Shown: positions 37,252 through 47,123 of the stretch, piece after piece
Layout of the letters: the number at the start of each line of letters is the position of its first letter
How positions within the stretch are numbered: position 1 is the stretch's first letter
Source: an uncultured virus (IMG/VR IMGVR_UViG_3300000301_000004)
Lineage: Duplodnaviria; Heunggongvirae; Uroviricota; Caudoviricetes
Virus record (IMG/VR): IMGVR_UViG_3300000301_000004
Direction: 5' to 3' (one strand)
Length of the DNA stretch: 64,000 nucleotides
Notes under the pieces: model-generated
What the model saw: only the letters and a program-made list of their open reading frames with translations
Database searches by the model: none
Told to the model about the DNA's origin: nothing
Position numbers and translations under genes: made by a program

Positions 37252-38589
37252 ATTAAATACCCCCTTGTTTATTATGGTTTTATTATAACATACTTGCTTG
37301 TAAATTACAATATACAATATTAAAAAATTACAAGCAAAATATGTAAACATATTTTATAAAATGATGTAAAAGTAATAAAAAATATAATAAAAATAGCGTA
37401 TTTTGGCAAATTAGTAAATTGGCAATAGGCTTTATAGGCATATAAATTGGCTATAAAAGGTTTTTGCTTGCAAAGGTATAAATAATAGGGCAGGGTAAAA
37501 AAGTATTAATACAGGCAAAATTTGGCGGCGGCGTAGTAAGTACAAACGTATTTTAGTGACTATTGAAAATATTAAATAATAAATAACAATAATAGTAATA
37601 ATACAACAAACAATAACACAGAATAATTAGCAAACAATATAAATAGCAATAATTACCAACAAGCAATAAAAAAGATTAAAAAGCCAGTATTTATGCAGAT
37701 TGCAGGTAAATAAGCAAATATAATTAGCTAGTAAAATAAGAGTAATAGGAATTAATATTAATAGTAATAATAATGCTGTTTAATAACAAATATTAGTAAG
37801 GATAATGAACTCTAATAATACTATATAAAATTTAAGCCGCCGCGCTGTGTAAAAATTGTTAGGTTTTAATAATATATACAATATAGAAAATACTACAATA
37901 ATAAATAATATACCTATAAATAATACATATATAAAGAGCTTTTAAACAAGTAAATATACCATATAAGTAGCTATTAGATATTTATTAATAACATACCATA
38001 TATGCCAACATAAATAATATACCATTAGCTATTTACCAATAATACATACAATGTGGCAATATACAAGATATAGTAACATAAACAATGTGGTAATATGGGA
38101 AATATAGTGTTTAAGGGCTACAAACAACATATACATATAAGGATTTAATACTATTTTTGCCGCTGCATGATAAGCACAAGCTCATTATTAGTAACAATTA
38201 CTGATTATGAAGCCTTATTAATATATAATATATGTATATATACAATATATACCATAATACAAGCCATGCAAACAAGCAATATATTATAAGCAATAGCCAT
38301 TATTAATTAAAAAGCCAGTGTTTATGCCATTTGGCGGTAAATAATAAATGAATATTATTAGTAATATAGATGATTATGAAGTATAGACAAATAGTAAAAG
38401 TGTATTATTAGTATATATACAAAATAATACCTTACTATTAATTAGCATAATAAGCTAATAGCAATAGCTATTGATAAGCATAAGCAACTAGATGCCCTTA
38501 CCATGTTATTAATCTTCATAATTAATACCCCCAGGAGTCCGTTTTGAAGATGTGGCCTACCACCCACCCCTACCATAATACATCTCCAT

Positions 38590-38807
38590 TAATGGATGAT
38601 TTTCCATAATCAAAAATACAGACTCCCTATAGAGTGATTTCTATCAATCAAAAATACAGACCCCTATAGAGTGATTTTCCATAATCAAAAAATATACCCC
38701 CTTAATGGATGATTTCTACCAATCAAAAACACAAGCCACGTAAAACCATTTAAGGAGTTAAATCATAAAATCTAAAAGCAAAAATACAGACCCTTAATGG
38801 ACGATTT
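38590..38807. repeat. ~38-bp-period repeat array with TGATT-N6-AATCA palindromes
   Basis: Palindrome at 38597, 38635, 38672, 38710 plus partial unit at ~38780. Confidence 0.85.
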
Positions 38808-38826
38808 ATGTCGTTAAAAATAATTG

Positions 38827-38855
38827 TTGACAAATATGTTAGATAGCATTATAAT
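38827..38855 (+). promoter_or_regulatory. Consensus promoter for 39-45 kb small-gene array
   Basis: TTGACA-17-TATAAT. Confidence 0.8.
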
Positions 38856-38990
38856 AAACGCATAGCCGCAAAATAGGGCTAAAAACTGTAAATAAAATGT
38901 TAGGAGTTGGGAAAATGCCTTAATGAAAACAGTACGTAAACGGCCGTAAAAAATTTTTTAATGTAATTATATGAAAGGAGTTTAAAAACA

Positions 38991-39149
38991 ATGAACAAAG
39001 AGTTTGTAGAGATTATCAACAGGTTAAGGGCAATTTTACAGGATTCATGGGTAAATGAATTGCCGGATAATGAAAAAATAGCAGTAAATTTTAATAAGTC
39101 AGAATTAAAATTGATATTGAATTGTATGTATAAAGAAGAATCAAATTAG
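38991..39149 (+). CDS. 52-aa hypothetical protein (not in track)
   Basis: AAGGAG RBS; MNKEFVEIINRLRAIL... Confidence 0.55.
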   Translation: MNKEFVEIINRLRAILQDSWVNELPDNEKIAVNFNKSELKLILNCMYKEESN

Positions 39150-39352
39150 GGGGCTAAATTATGACATTCTTATCAATGTTGGGCTTAATTACCATTATTA
39201 GTATATTTGTATTTTATTTATATGTACTTTGTAATTTATTAGATGTGGCGAAGAGTGCGTGGGCAAAGTTTTTTATATTGATTACTGCGAATGTTTCCAT
39301 TGCACTTTTCTTGTATTTACTTAATTACTTATGAAAATAGGAGGATGTTAAT

Positions 39353-39718
39353 ATGTATGAACCAGTTTTAGTAGATGAAAAATCAGACCTTTATAATGTA
39401 TATGAAGTTCATAAGAATTATAGAATTTTAGCCATGGCCGTTAATGTACCTTTGCAGGTAGCCGAAGAAATTTGTCATATTTTGAATGAATTTGAAATTA
39501 AATCCTTACAACCTTGCCCTAAATGTGGCCATCAACCAATAATTCGTGAACTTCCAAATGGCGGATATAAAATTGTTTGTCGTGTTTGTGACTTGACAAC
39601 TGGGCTTTTTAATCATAAACAAAATTTGATAAATTATTGGAATACAGCAATATGTGAAGAAGCAGTGCGTTATTTACAAATGGATTATGAAAGTATATTT
39701 GATAGGGAAAAAGAATAA
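39353..39718 (+). CDS. Protein with Lar-like Zn ribbon
   Basis: LQPCPKCG...YKIVCRVC...YWN. Confidence 0.55.
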   Translation: MYEPVLVDEKSDLYNVYEVHKNYRILAMAVNVPLQVAEEICHILNEFEIKSLQPCPKCGHQPIIRELPNGGYKIVCRVCDLTTGLFNHKQNLINYWNTAICEEAVRYLQMDYESIFDREKE

Positions 39719-40008
39719 TGTCAACATATATGACTTTAGAAGAGTATGCGGCTATGCTTAAAGTAGGCGATGAAGTTACTATAAAATATTATTCAATAAC
39801 TGGCGAAAAAGAAATAAAAGAAAAAATTTTAAAAATCACCAAAAGCGGGACGATTTATTTGAGAAGCACAAATTGTAAGGACGCCTTAAGATTTAGAAAA
39901 AATGGACATTGGATAAATAATTTTGGCTATCAAGGATTTATAACAAGCGAATATTCTTTAAAAAATCCATATCAAAAGCCATTTGACTTTACACAAGTAA
40001 AAGTATAG
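39718..40008 (+). CDS. Hypothetical protein
   Basis: ORF track. Confidence 0.6.
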   Translation: MSTYMTLEEYAAMLKVGDEVTIKYYSITGEKEIKEKILKITKSGTIYLRSTNCKDALRFRKNGHWINNFGYQGFITSEYSLKNPYQKPFDFTQVKV

Positions 40009-40021
40009 GGGAGGATAAAAA

Positions 40022-40321
40022 ATGAAATATAAAAAGAAACCAGTAGCTATAGAAGCATTTCAATTTGATGGGGATTTAAAAGGAAGCGATGGTAAATATT
40101 ATGTGCCAGAGTGGGCGGTCAAAGCATTTAAAGAAGGAATTTTGTACTTTGATGCCTTAACTCCAGATACTCCACCTATTGAACTGTTCATTAAAACTCT
40201 TGAAGGCACAATGCATGCTCCAGTCGGGAGTTATGTTATACAAGGAGTACGTGGAGAAATTTACTGCTGTAAAGAAGATATCTTTCTTGAAACTTATGAG
40301 CCTGTATTGGAGCGTGAATAA
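40022..40321 (+). CDS. Conserved small phage protein (KKKPV...IKTLEG...GE.Y..K.DIF..TYE family)
   Basis: Recognisable motif pattern. Confidence 0.7.
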   Translation: MKYKKKPVAIEAFQFDGDLKGSDGKYYVPEWAVKAFKEGILYFDALTPDTPPIELFIKTLEGTMHAPVGSYVIQGVRGEIYCCKEDIFLETYEPVLERE

Positions 40322-40325
40322 AAAT

Positions 40326-40742
40326 ATGGAAATTATAAAAAATATAAAAGAAGTTAGTGATGTCTATTTTAATAATGATAAATGGGATACATATGATGGA
40401 TATTGTATTGAAACAGATTCAAGAAAATTATATTTTGTCATAAATAATGGACAATGTTGTTGCGAAAATTGGGGCTATTTATCTAGTGAAGACGATTTTG
40501 GAAGCTTTATTGGCAGTGAATTAAAAAATGTTTATGTTACTGATTCTGAGTTGGGGACAATAGTATCAAACATGAAAGAAGATCTAGATGCTGGATCAGC
40601 TATGTTTATTAATGTTGAAACGACTAAAGGCTTGTTACAATTTGTTGCATATAATGAACACAACGGATATTACGGACATGAGGTAAAATTGGTATCAAAA
40701 TATGATGACAAGACCGTTATTGAGGCTGACGACGTATTGTGA
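40326..40742 (+). CDS. Conserved hypothetical phage protein
   Basis: QCCCENWG and YNEHNGYYGH motifs. Confidence 0.65.
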   Translation: MEIIKNIKEVSDVYFNNDKWDTYDGYCIETDSRKLYFVINNGQCCCENWGYLSSEDDFGSFIGSELKNVYVTDSELGTIVSNMKEDLDAGSAMFINVETTKGLLQFVAYNEHNGYYGHEVKLVSKYDDKTVIEADDVL

Positions 40743-40783
40743 CAATGAAACATATATTATAATTTAAGGAGTTAGGATAGATT

Positions 40784-41343
40784 ATGAAATTAATAGATAA
40801 AGACGCTTTAAGCATGGAACTAATGAATGAAGTGTTAAACGCTTATGCAAAGGCTGATTTTCGTTTTGCTCATGCGTTAAACGTTTTTCAAGGTTTAATA
40901 GACAAAGCTCCTACAGTAGAAGAACGCAAGCACGGGCATTGGGAAGATATTGATTTAGATACGAGCGTATGCAGTGTTTGCAAAAAACCGCAAGAATACG
41001 AAACAAAATACTGCCCGGAGTGCGGCGCGTGGATGGTGAATAAATTATGAGATTGATAGACGCTGATAAGGCGAAAGCTGAGTTATTAGCAATAGCTGAA
41101 ACTATACCCGCTTGGCCTGGCTTTTTCGACGGCATTAGAAGTGGTTATCAAAGTGCTGCTGATAGGCTTGATACAATGCCAGTTGTAGAAGAACGTAAGC
41201 ATGGTTACTGGAAAAAGGAAGGCAGTTGGTATAAATGCAGCTGTTGTAATAGCGCTATTGATCCATGGGATAACACATGGATGAAATACTGTTCCTGCTG
41301 TGGGGCTATTATGGAAAATAACGGAGATGACGATGATGAATAA
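40784..41343 (+). CDS. Two tandem paralogous Zn-ribbon proteins (40784-41050, 41047-41343)
   Basis: M.LID.D...P.VEERKHG.W...CS.C...YC..CGA.M in both. Confidence 0.75.
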
Positions 41344-43080
41344 ATATATACAACAATTTTTAGACGATAATGATTTACAAGCAGGTGAAAAATTTTATAT
41401 TTTGGATAAAGACCATGAAAAGATATCTAATGAACTATTTTATATCAATAAAAATTTTGAAAAACCGGAAGATATTTTAAAATGTGCCAGTAGAAATGGT
41501 GGTTATTCTTATACTTTACTGTATTTATTAACTGGCATAGCTTTTGTAAAGAAAAAACCTTTTTGTCCTAAATATGGTGAAATGGTTTATTATGTGACTG
41601 TTTCAGGTTATATTCAAGAAGTCAGATTTGATACGGACTCTACACTTCATCAATTATTACGCAAAGCAGGAAAATTATACAGGTCGGAAGAAGAAGCAAA
41701 AAGATATTTAGATAAAGACTATAAAGATTTAATAATACAGGAGGAAGAATAATGAAAGAAGAAACAATTATTCAGATTTTAAATAGTTTAACCACAGTAG
41801 GCGAAAAAAGTTTAGATGATTTAATTGAATATTATGGGCATCATATGTTTAATGATTTAATTGCAATGGTATTTTTCGAAATTTTTATAATTTTTATTTT
41901 TTATCTTTTTTATAAGTTATTTCCAAAATATAGGTATAAAGATGATATATTGTTTATCATAACTTTAATATCTGTTATTCTTGGCATATTAAGTATAGGT
42001 ATGGTGTGTTGTTTCATTACTGGCGTCAGTGAGTATTTAGCCTATTTACAAAATCCGTTAGGGGCAACTTTGAATTATTTAATAACTGGACGGTAATTAT
42101 TAGGAGTTAAATTTATGAATGGTAAACTTGATTCTTTTATTTTAGGTATATTATTTACTGTCAGTCTACAACTATATATGCGCAATAAATCTTATTTTAA
42201 TCTGATTATATGTATACTTTTAATTTTGTATGCTATAAGACAAATAATATTTTAAGGAGAATTATTATGTTATATCGTTTTATTTTTAAAATACTAAAAG
42301 AATTAGCGGAAACTCAGCAAGATTTAGAAATAACAAGATCTAGTAACATGACAATTTTAACTTTATTATTAGAAAAGAAAATCTGTAGTAAAGAAGAATA
42401 TGTTTCTACATTTAATGAAATACAATCTAAGAATATGGAAAATATTAATCAAATTAAGAATAAAATTCACGAAATAGAAGAACAAATTAAACAATATGAA
42501 CAACAAATGAGAAAGAAGGGTTAATAATGTTAGTTAAAGCTACAGCTATAGTTAAATTTAGTGGTATTTATAAATGGGATATTATCAATCCCCTTAAAGA
42601 TTGTCTTAAAAATGGAAAACCGATAAAAAATGAACAACTGGGGTATGAATGTAATGTTTTTGATTTATTCATTCACGATGCAACAAAAGCCTTTGTAAAC
42701 GCCGAATTTAAATTAAAAATAGGGGTAATTTTACCTGTCACAGAAGAACAATTTATAGAAGCCAATAAAAATATTAAAGATATTGTAAATACAGATACTG
42801 CCATTATAAATTGTGGTGCGTATGGTAAAGGTAGAATATATCATTTAGAATGTACTAAATTAGCAGATAGTGAAAGAGGTAGATTATAATGGAAATTATT
42901 AATGATGAAAATTTAACTAAACTTATCGAGGCCATAGTTTGTGCTTGTCAGGAAGATGAAGATGTTACAATAAGACAAAATGCTTTACAATGTATTTATG
43001 AATTAACAAATAAAATACTAGATATGCAAGTTAAAGATAAGTATTTAAATCCAATAGTTGTTGATATTAATCAGAAATGA
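41333..43080 (+). CDS. Run of small hypothetical ORFs (41333-41752, 41752-42096 membrane, 42267-42524, 42527-42889, 42889-43080)
   Basis: Tightly coupled ORFs in track. Confidence 0.55.
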
Positions 43081-43089
43081 GTGTAGAAA

Positions 43090-43431
43090 ATGAATCTAAT
43101 AGTTAATTCAGAATTATTTGAAGCTTTTACTAAAGTATTACATTATTTAAAAATTCATAAAATTGATTATATTAAAACTAATGATATTAAAATGATTGTA
43201 AAGCCAACACAAACAAAAAAAGTTATTTATAAGGTTCGGCAATATAGGGAGAAAAAAAGATGGACAAGGGAAGCTTTATCCGCCGTTTCCGGGGTAGCCC
43301 CTACAACTATTAGACTTATCGAAACAAATACCAGTGATAGACAGAATAGTGTTCGATTAAGTACCCTTATCAGTCTTGCACAGGCTTTAAATGTAAAAGT
43401 TAAAGATTTATTCGAGGAAGTGAAGGAATGA
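43090..43431 (+). CDS. XRE-family HTH regulator
   Basis: VRQYREKKRWTREALSAVSGVAPTTIRLIE...LSTLISLAQALNV. Confidence 0.85.
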   Translation: MNLIVNSELFEAFTKVLHYLKIHKIDYIKTNDIKMIVKPTQTKKVIYKVRQYREKKRWTREALSAVSGVAPTTIRLIETNTSDRQNSVRLSTLISLAQALNVKVKDLFEEVKE

Positions 43432-43710
43432 AATGTATTATTTGCAATAAAGAAAGTGATAAATTAGTAGATTGGATTCCTAAATGATTTTCTCCCTATC
43501 AATGCACAGAATCACAACTTGAAACCGTTACTTTACACGTTTGTAAATCCTGTATGGCAGATTTATACTTAAATAATATTTATGTGCAAGAGTGCATTGT
43601 TTTCATTCACCTAAAGTATTATAACGCTGCCTTGAAACAGGATATATTACACATGGCAACAAAAGAATTTATTAATTTGTTACAAAATAAATTTGAAAGG
43701 AGAAAAGAAA

Positions 43711-44467
43711 ATGTTCACGGAAACTGAAATCTTTTTAATTTTACTTATTCTTTGTAGTATTATTGTTAATGCGGTATTATATTTCATGTGGAATATAGCT
43801 ACAAAAAAATTTTCAGAATTACAAAAACAATATATTGATTATTTAACTAAATGTTCTAATGATTTGAAAGAAAAAGAATCAATCTTAAAAGCCTATGATA
43901 CATGCTTGCATAATAATAAAATTCTTTGTGAGGCTGTTAAAGAATTATTAAAACCTGATGCAGATACGGTTAAAGTTAGTCGTAAATTGGAGGAAATAAA
44001 ATGTTTGAAATGATATGCAATGGTTTTGTTGGAGTTGCAATCGCTTTTTGCTTTCTTAAATCACAAGCAGGTTTTTGGATAACTTCCATAGAAATTTTAT
44101 TAGCCTGTATTTTATTTATGTTACTTAGAATACATATGCTGTTATGGAAAGGGTTGAATAAGTAATGTTAGAGTTTTGTGTGGTTGCATTTATAAGTACA
44201 TTGGGGGCTTTTGTGTTTTCTGATGTAATTATGAATTTCTTACGTTGGTTAACGTGGATACTTGGCTATCATTTAGAGCAAGGTGATAGAGTTCTTGTTT
44301 CCGGAGTTGGTTTAGGCGTCGTTTCTCATGCTTTAAATCCTGAATTAGTTAGTGATTCTGAAGATATATATGCAGTGAAAATTGATAAATGTGATGAATA
44401 TTATATTGGAGCTTTCAAATTTTATCAAATTCATAGAATTTATCGTAGAGGTGAAGATAATGCGTAA
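43711..44467 (+). CDS. Small membrane-associated hypothetical ORFs (43711-44013, 44165-44467)
   Basis: N-terminal TM segments. Confidence 0.5.
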
Positions 44468-44903
44468 TTTTGAAAAAGTATCAAAAGTAAAGGAAGCTTT
44501 TATTCCACAAAGAAAAACAAAAAAATCAGCTGGTTATGATTTTTTTGCTCCGTGGGGAGGAGTAACTTTAAATCCAGGACAATCTATTCTTTTTAAAACT
44601 GGTATCAAATGTCAAATGAATGATGATGAAGTTTTATATATTCATATTCGTTCTAGTTTAGGTATTAAATATAATTTACAGTTAACTAATGGTACGGGTA
44701 TTATTGATTCTGATTATTATAATAATCCGGATAATGAAGGAGAAATCCTAATTGACATTACTAATAGAGGTAATGCTCCATATACTTTTAGAAAAGGCGA
44801 TCGTATTGCACAGGGTATTTTTCATAGATATCATACTGTGGATACCGAAGATGTAGATAATCTGCCGGAAAGAGTTGGCGGAGTAGGAAGTACAGGCAAA
44901 TGA
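44460..44903 (+). CDS. dut: Trimeric dUTPase
   Basis: SAGYDF, RSSLG, GIIDSDYY, GDRIAQGIF, RVGGVGSTG. Confidence 0.95.
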   Translation: MRNFEKVSKVKEAFIPQRKTKKSAGYDFFAPWGGVTLNPGQSILFKTGIKCQMNDDEVLYIHIRSSLGIKYNLQLTNGTGIIDSDYYNNPDNEGEILIDITNRGNAPYTFRKGDRIAQGIFHRYHTVDTEDVDNLPERVGGVGSTGK

Positions 44904-45284
44904 AAATGCCTTTATATTAGGAATTATAAAGGGGGTTAAGGTGTTTGGTTATACAGAAAAATATAACAGTAAAGGTTTTATCTGAGCTTGGTATAAAAAT
45001 TAATCAAAAGTTTAAACTTTATGATGGGTTTACTGGAAAGTATTATGGAATATTTTATTTCGGCTCTAACCTTACATTATGGAAATGTTATAGTGATAAA
45101 TTCGACGAAGATTATTCGGCCGTTTCTAAAAGTTGTGAATATCTTTTATACATTTTAAATGGAACACACCTGTTAGAAACAAAAGATAGTTGACATTTTT
45201 AACTTTCTGTTCTACAATTAAATAAAAGATACGAATAAGGATATCTTTTTGGTATCCTTATTTTTATTTAGAAGGAGGTTAATT

Positions 45285-45842
45285 ATGGCAACATTAGTAT
45301 CTCTTGCAGGTATTCTAACAGAGCAAGAAGAAGCATTCTGTATGGATATTGCAATGGGTGTTCGATATGTTGATGCTTTTAGACAACATTTTCCGGAAAA
45401 ATTAGATACGGTAAAAAGTGTTGGCGCATCGGCTTATTCGAAAGCACAGCAACCTGCAATCGCAAATCGTATTAGAAAATTAATTGAGGCTAGAGAACAG
45501 GAACAGTTAAAGTCTATAAAATGGTCTAAGGAAGAATCCATTGAAAAACTTCGTTATGTTATAGCTACTTGCCAAAATGAAATGGAACGTGTTAATCAAG
45601 CCTTTGAAGAAGAATTACAATTCCTTCAGGAACAAATTGAGGAAGAAGAAGACCCGAGGGTTATTAAAAGTCTTGTAAATAAGATGATTAAACTTCGTCA
45701 GAAAAATCATCTTAATAAAATTCAAGTCACAGGTATTGTTGATGCAGTTAGTGAGTTGAATACTATGCACGGCTTTAACGAAAATAACGTCAATGTTAAT
45801 AGTGCTGTTTCTTTCGTTGGGGAAGAGGATTTGGAGGACTAA
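45285..45842 (+). CDS. Terminase small subunit
   Basis: LTEQEEAFC...I..RI..L; directly upstream of TerL. Confidence 0.75.
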   Translation: MATLVSLAGILTEQEEAFCMDIAMGVRYVDAFRQHFPEKLDTVKSVGASAYSKAQQPAIANRIRKLIEAREQEQLKSIKWSKEESIEKLRYVIATCQNEMERVNQAFEEELQFLQEQIEEEEDPRVIKSLVNKMIKLRQKNHLNKIQVTGIVDAVSELNTMHGFNENNVNVNSAVSFVGEEDLED

Positions 45843-47114
45843 ATGACTACGATTAATATAGCAGAAGTTGTTGGTCGTGGTTACGCCAAATTTTGGAACT
45901 TTAAAGGTCGTTATAGATGCTTAAAAGGTGGTCGTGGTAGTAAAAAATCCTGTACTACTGCTTTATGGTATATCTATAATACGATGAAGTTCTACGAACG
46001 GTATAGATTAAAACCGAATACAATGGTAGTTAGACGTTACTATAACACACACAGAGATTCTACTTATAGACAGTTGAAATGGGCTATTAATAGATTAGGT
46101 GTAGACCATTTATGGCATTGCACAGTTAATCCTTTGGAAATCACTTATAAACCTTCCGGACAAAAGATATTCTTTAGAGGTATGGACGATGCACAATCAA
46201 TCACATCTATTACTGTTGAAGATGGATATATTTGCTGGGTATGGTGGGAAGAAGCTTTTCAATGTTCTAATGAAGATGAATTTAATAAGGTTGACTTATC
46301 AATTCGTGGCGCTATACCTTATCCATTATTTAAACAACATACTTTTACATTCAATCCGTGGTCTGATAAAATTTGGATCAAAAAAAGATTTTTTGATAAA
46401 GCCGATAATGTAAATATATTAGCTTTAACAACAAATTATCAATGTAATGAATTTTTAGGCGAAGATGATATAAAAATATTCGAGGAAATGAAACGTACTA
46501 ATCCTCGTCGTTATAGTATCGAAGGAATGGGAGATTGGGGTATTGCAGAAGGTCTTATCTATAGTAATTGGGAAGAAGCTGATTTTGATATCTCATATTT
46601 TAGAGATGTTAAAAATAAAAAAGGTATTCCAATTTATAGAGATTTCAAAGGTCTTGACTTTGGCTATGCGAATGACCCAACTGCAATGAGTTGTATTTTT
46701 GTTGACGAGGATAAATACGAAATTTTTGTTTACGATGAAATTTATCGTACTCAACTAACAAATCAACAAATTCGTGACAATATTAGATATAAGGGATATA
46801 TGAATGATGTTATTATTGCAGATAATGAGGATGCAAGAACAATTAACGAATTAAGATTATTAGGTCTAAATCGTATTAAAGCCGCTAAAAAAGGTAAAGG
46901 TAGCGTTCTTGCAGGTATTCAAAAATTGCAAGATTATCATATTTATGTTCACCCACGCTGCATGAATCACGTTGTTGAATTTAGTAACTATGTATGGGAT
47001 AAGGATAAAGATACTGGAAAACCAATTAATGAACCTATGGATGAATATAATCATTTAATGGACGCACTAAGATATGCAACTGAAAGATGTAATCGCAGAA
47101 CATTTAGTTTTTAG
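45843..47114 (+). CDS. Terminase large subunit, PBSX family
   Basis: KGGRGSKKS, WWEEA, TFNP, GLDFGYANDP, NHLMDALRYA. Confidence 0.95.
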   Translation: MTTINIAEVVGRGYAKFWNFKGRYRCLKGGRGSKKSCTTALWYIYNTMKFYERYRLKPNTMVVRRYYNTHRDSTYRQLKWAINRLGVDHLWHCTVNPLEITYKPSGQKIFFRGMDDAQSITSITVEDGYICWVWWEEAFQCSNEDEFNKVDLSIRGAIPYPLFKQHTFTFNPWSDKIWIKKRFFDKADNVNILALTTNYQCNEFLGEDDIKIFEEMKRTNPRRYSIEGMGDWGIAEGLIYSNWEEADFDISYFRDVKNKKGIPIYRDFKGLDFGYANDPTAMSCIFVDEDKYEIFVYDEIYRTQLTNQQIRDNIRYKGYMNDVIIADNEDARTINELRLLGLNRIKAAKKGKGSVLAGIQKLQDYHIYVHPRCMNHVVEFSNYVWDKDKDTGKPINEPMDEYNHLMDALRYATERCNRRTFSF

Positions 47115-47123
47115 GAGGTTATT

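Noticed and set aside
35846..37360. GA/TC exclusion as DarT TNTC avoidance, low complexity or simple AT richness
   Set aside because: A TATC (TNTC) site is retained at ~36226; G and C are plentiful in other contexts (GC, GG, GT, AC); the rule is strand-symmetric with a precise CGA exception
38590..38807. Repeat array as CRISPR
   Set aside because: Units are contiguous at ~38 bp with no unique spacers; no cas operon
38861..38990. Possible tRNA/ncRNA after the 38827 promoter
   Set aside because: No cloverleaf or T-loop consensus seen; cannot support more than an untranslated leader
43090..43431. XRE gene as lysogeny repressor
   Set aside because: Co-oriented within an operon, HTH is C-terminal, and no integrase or divergent switch is in the window; lifestyle left undetermined
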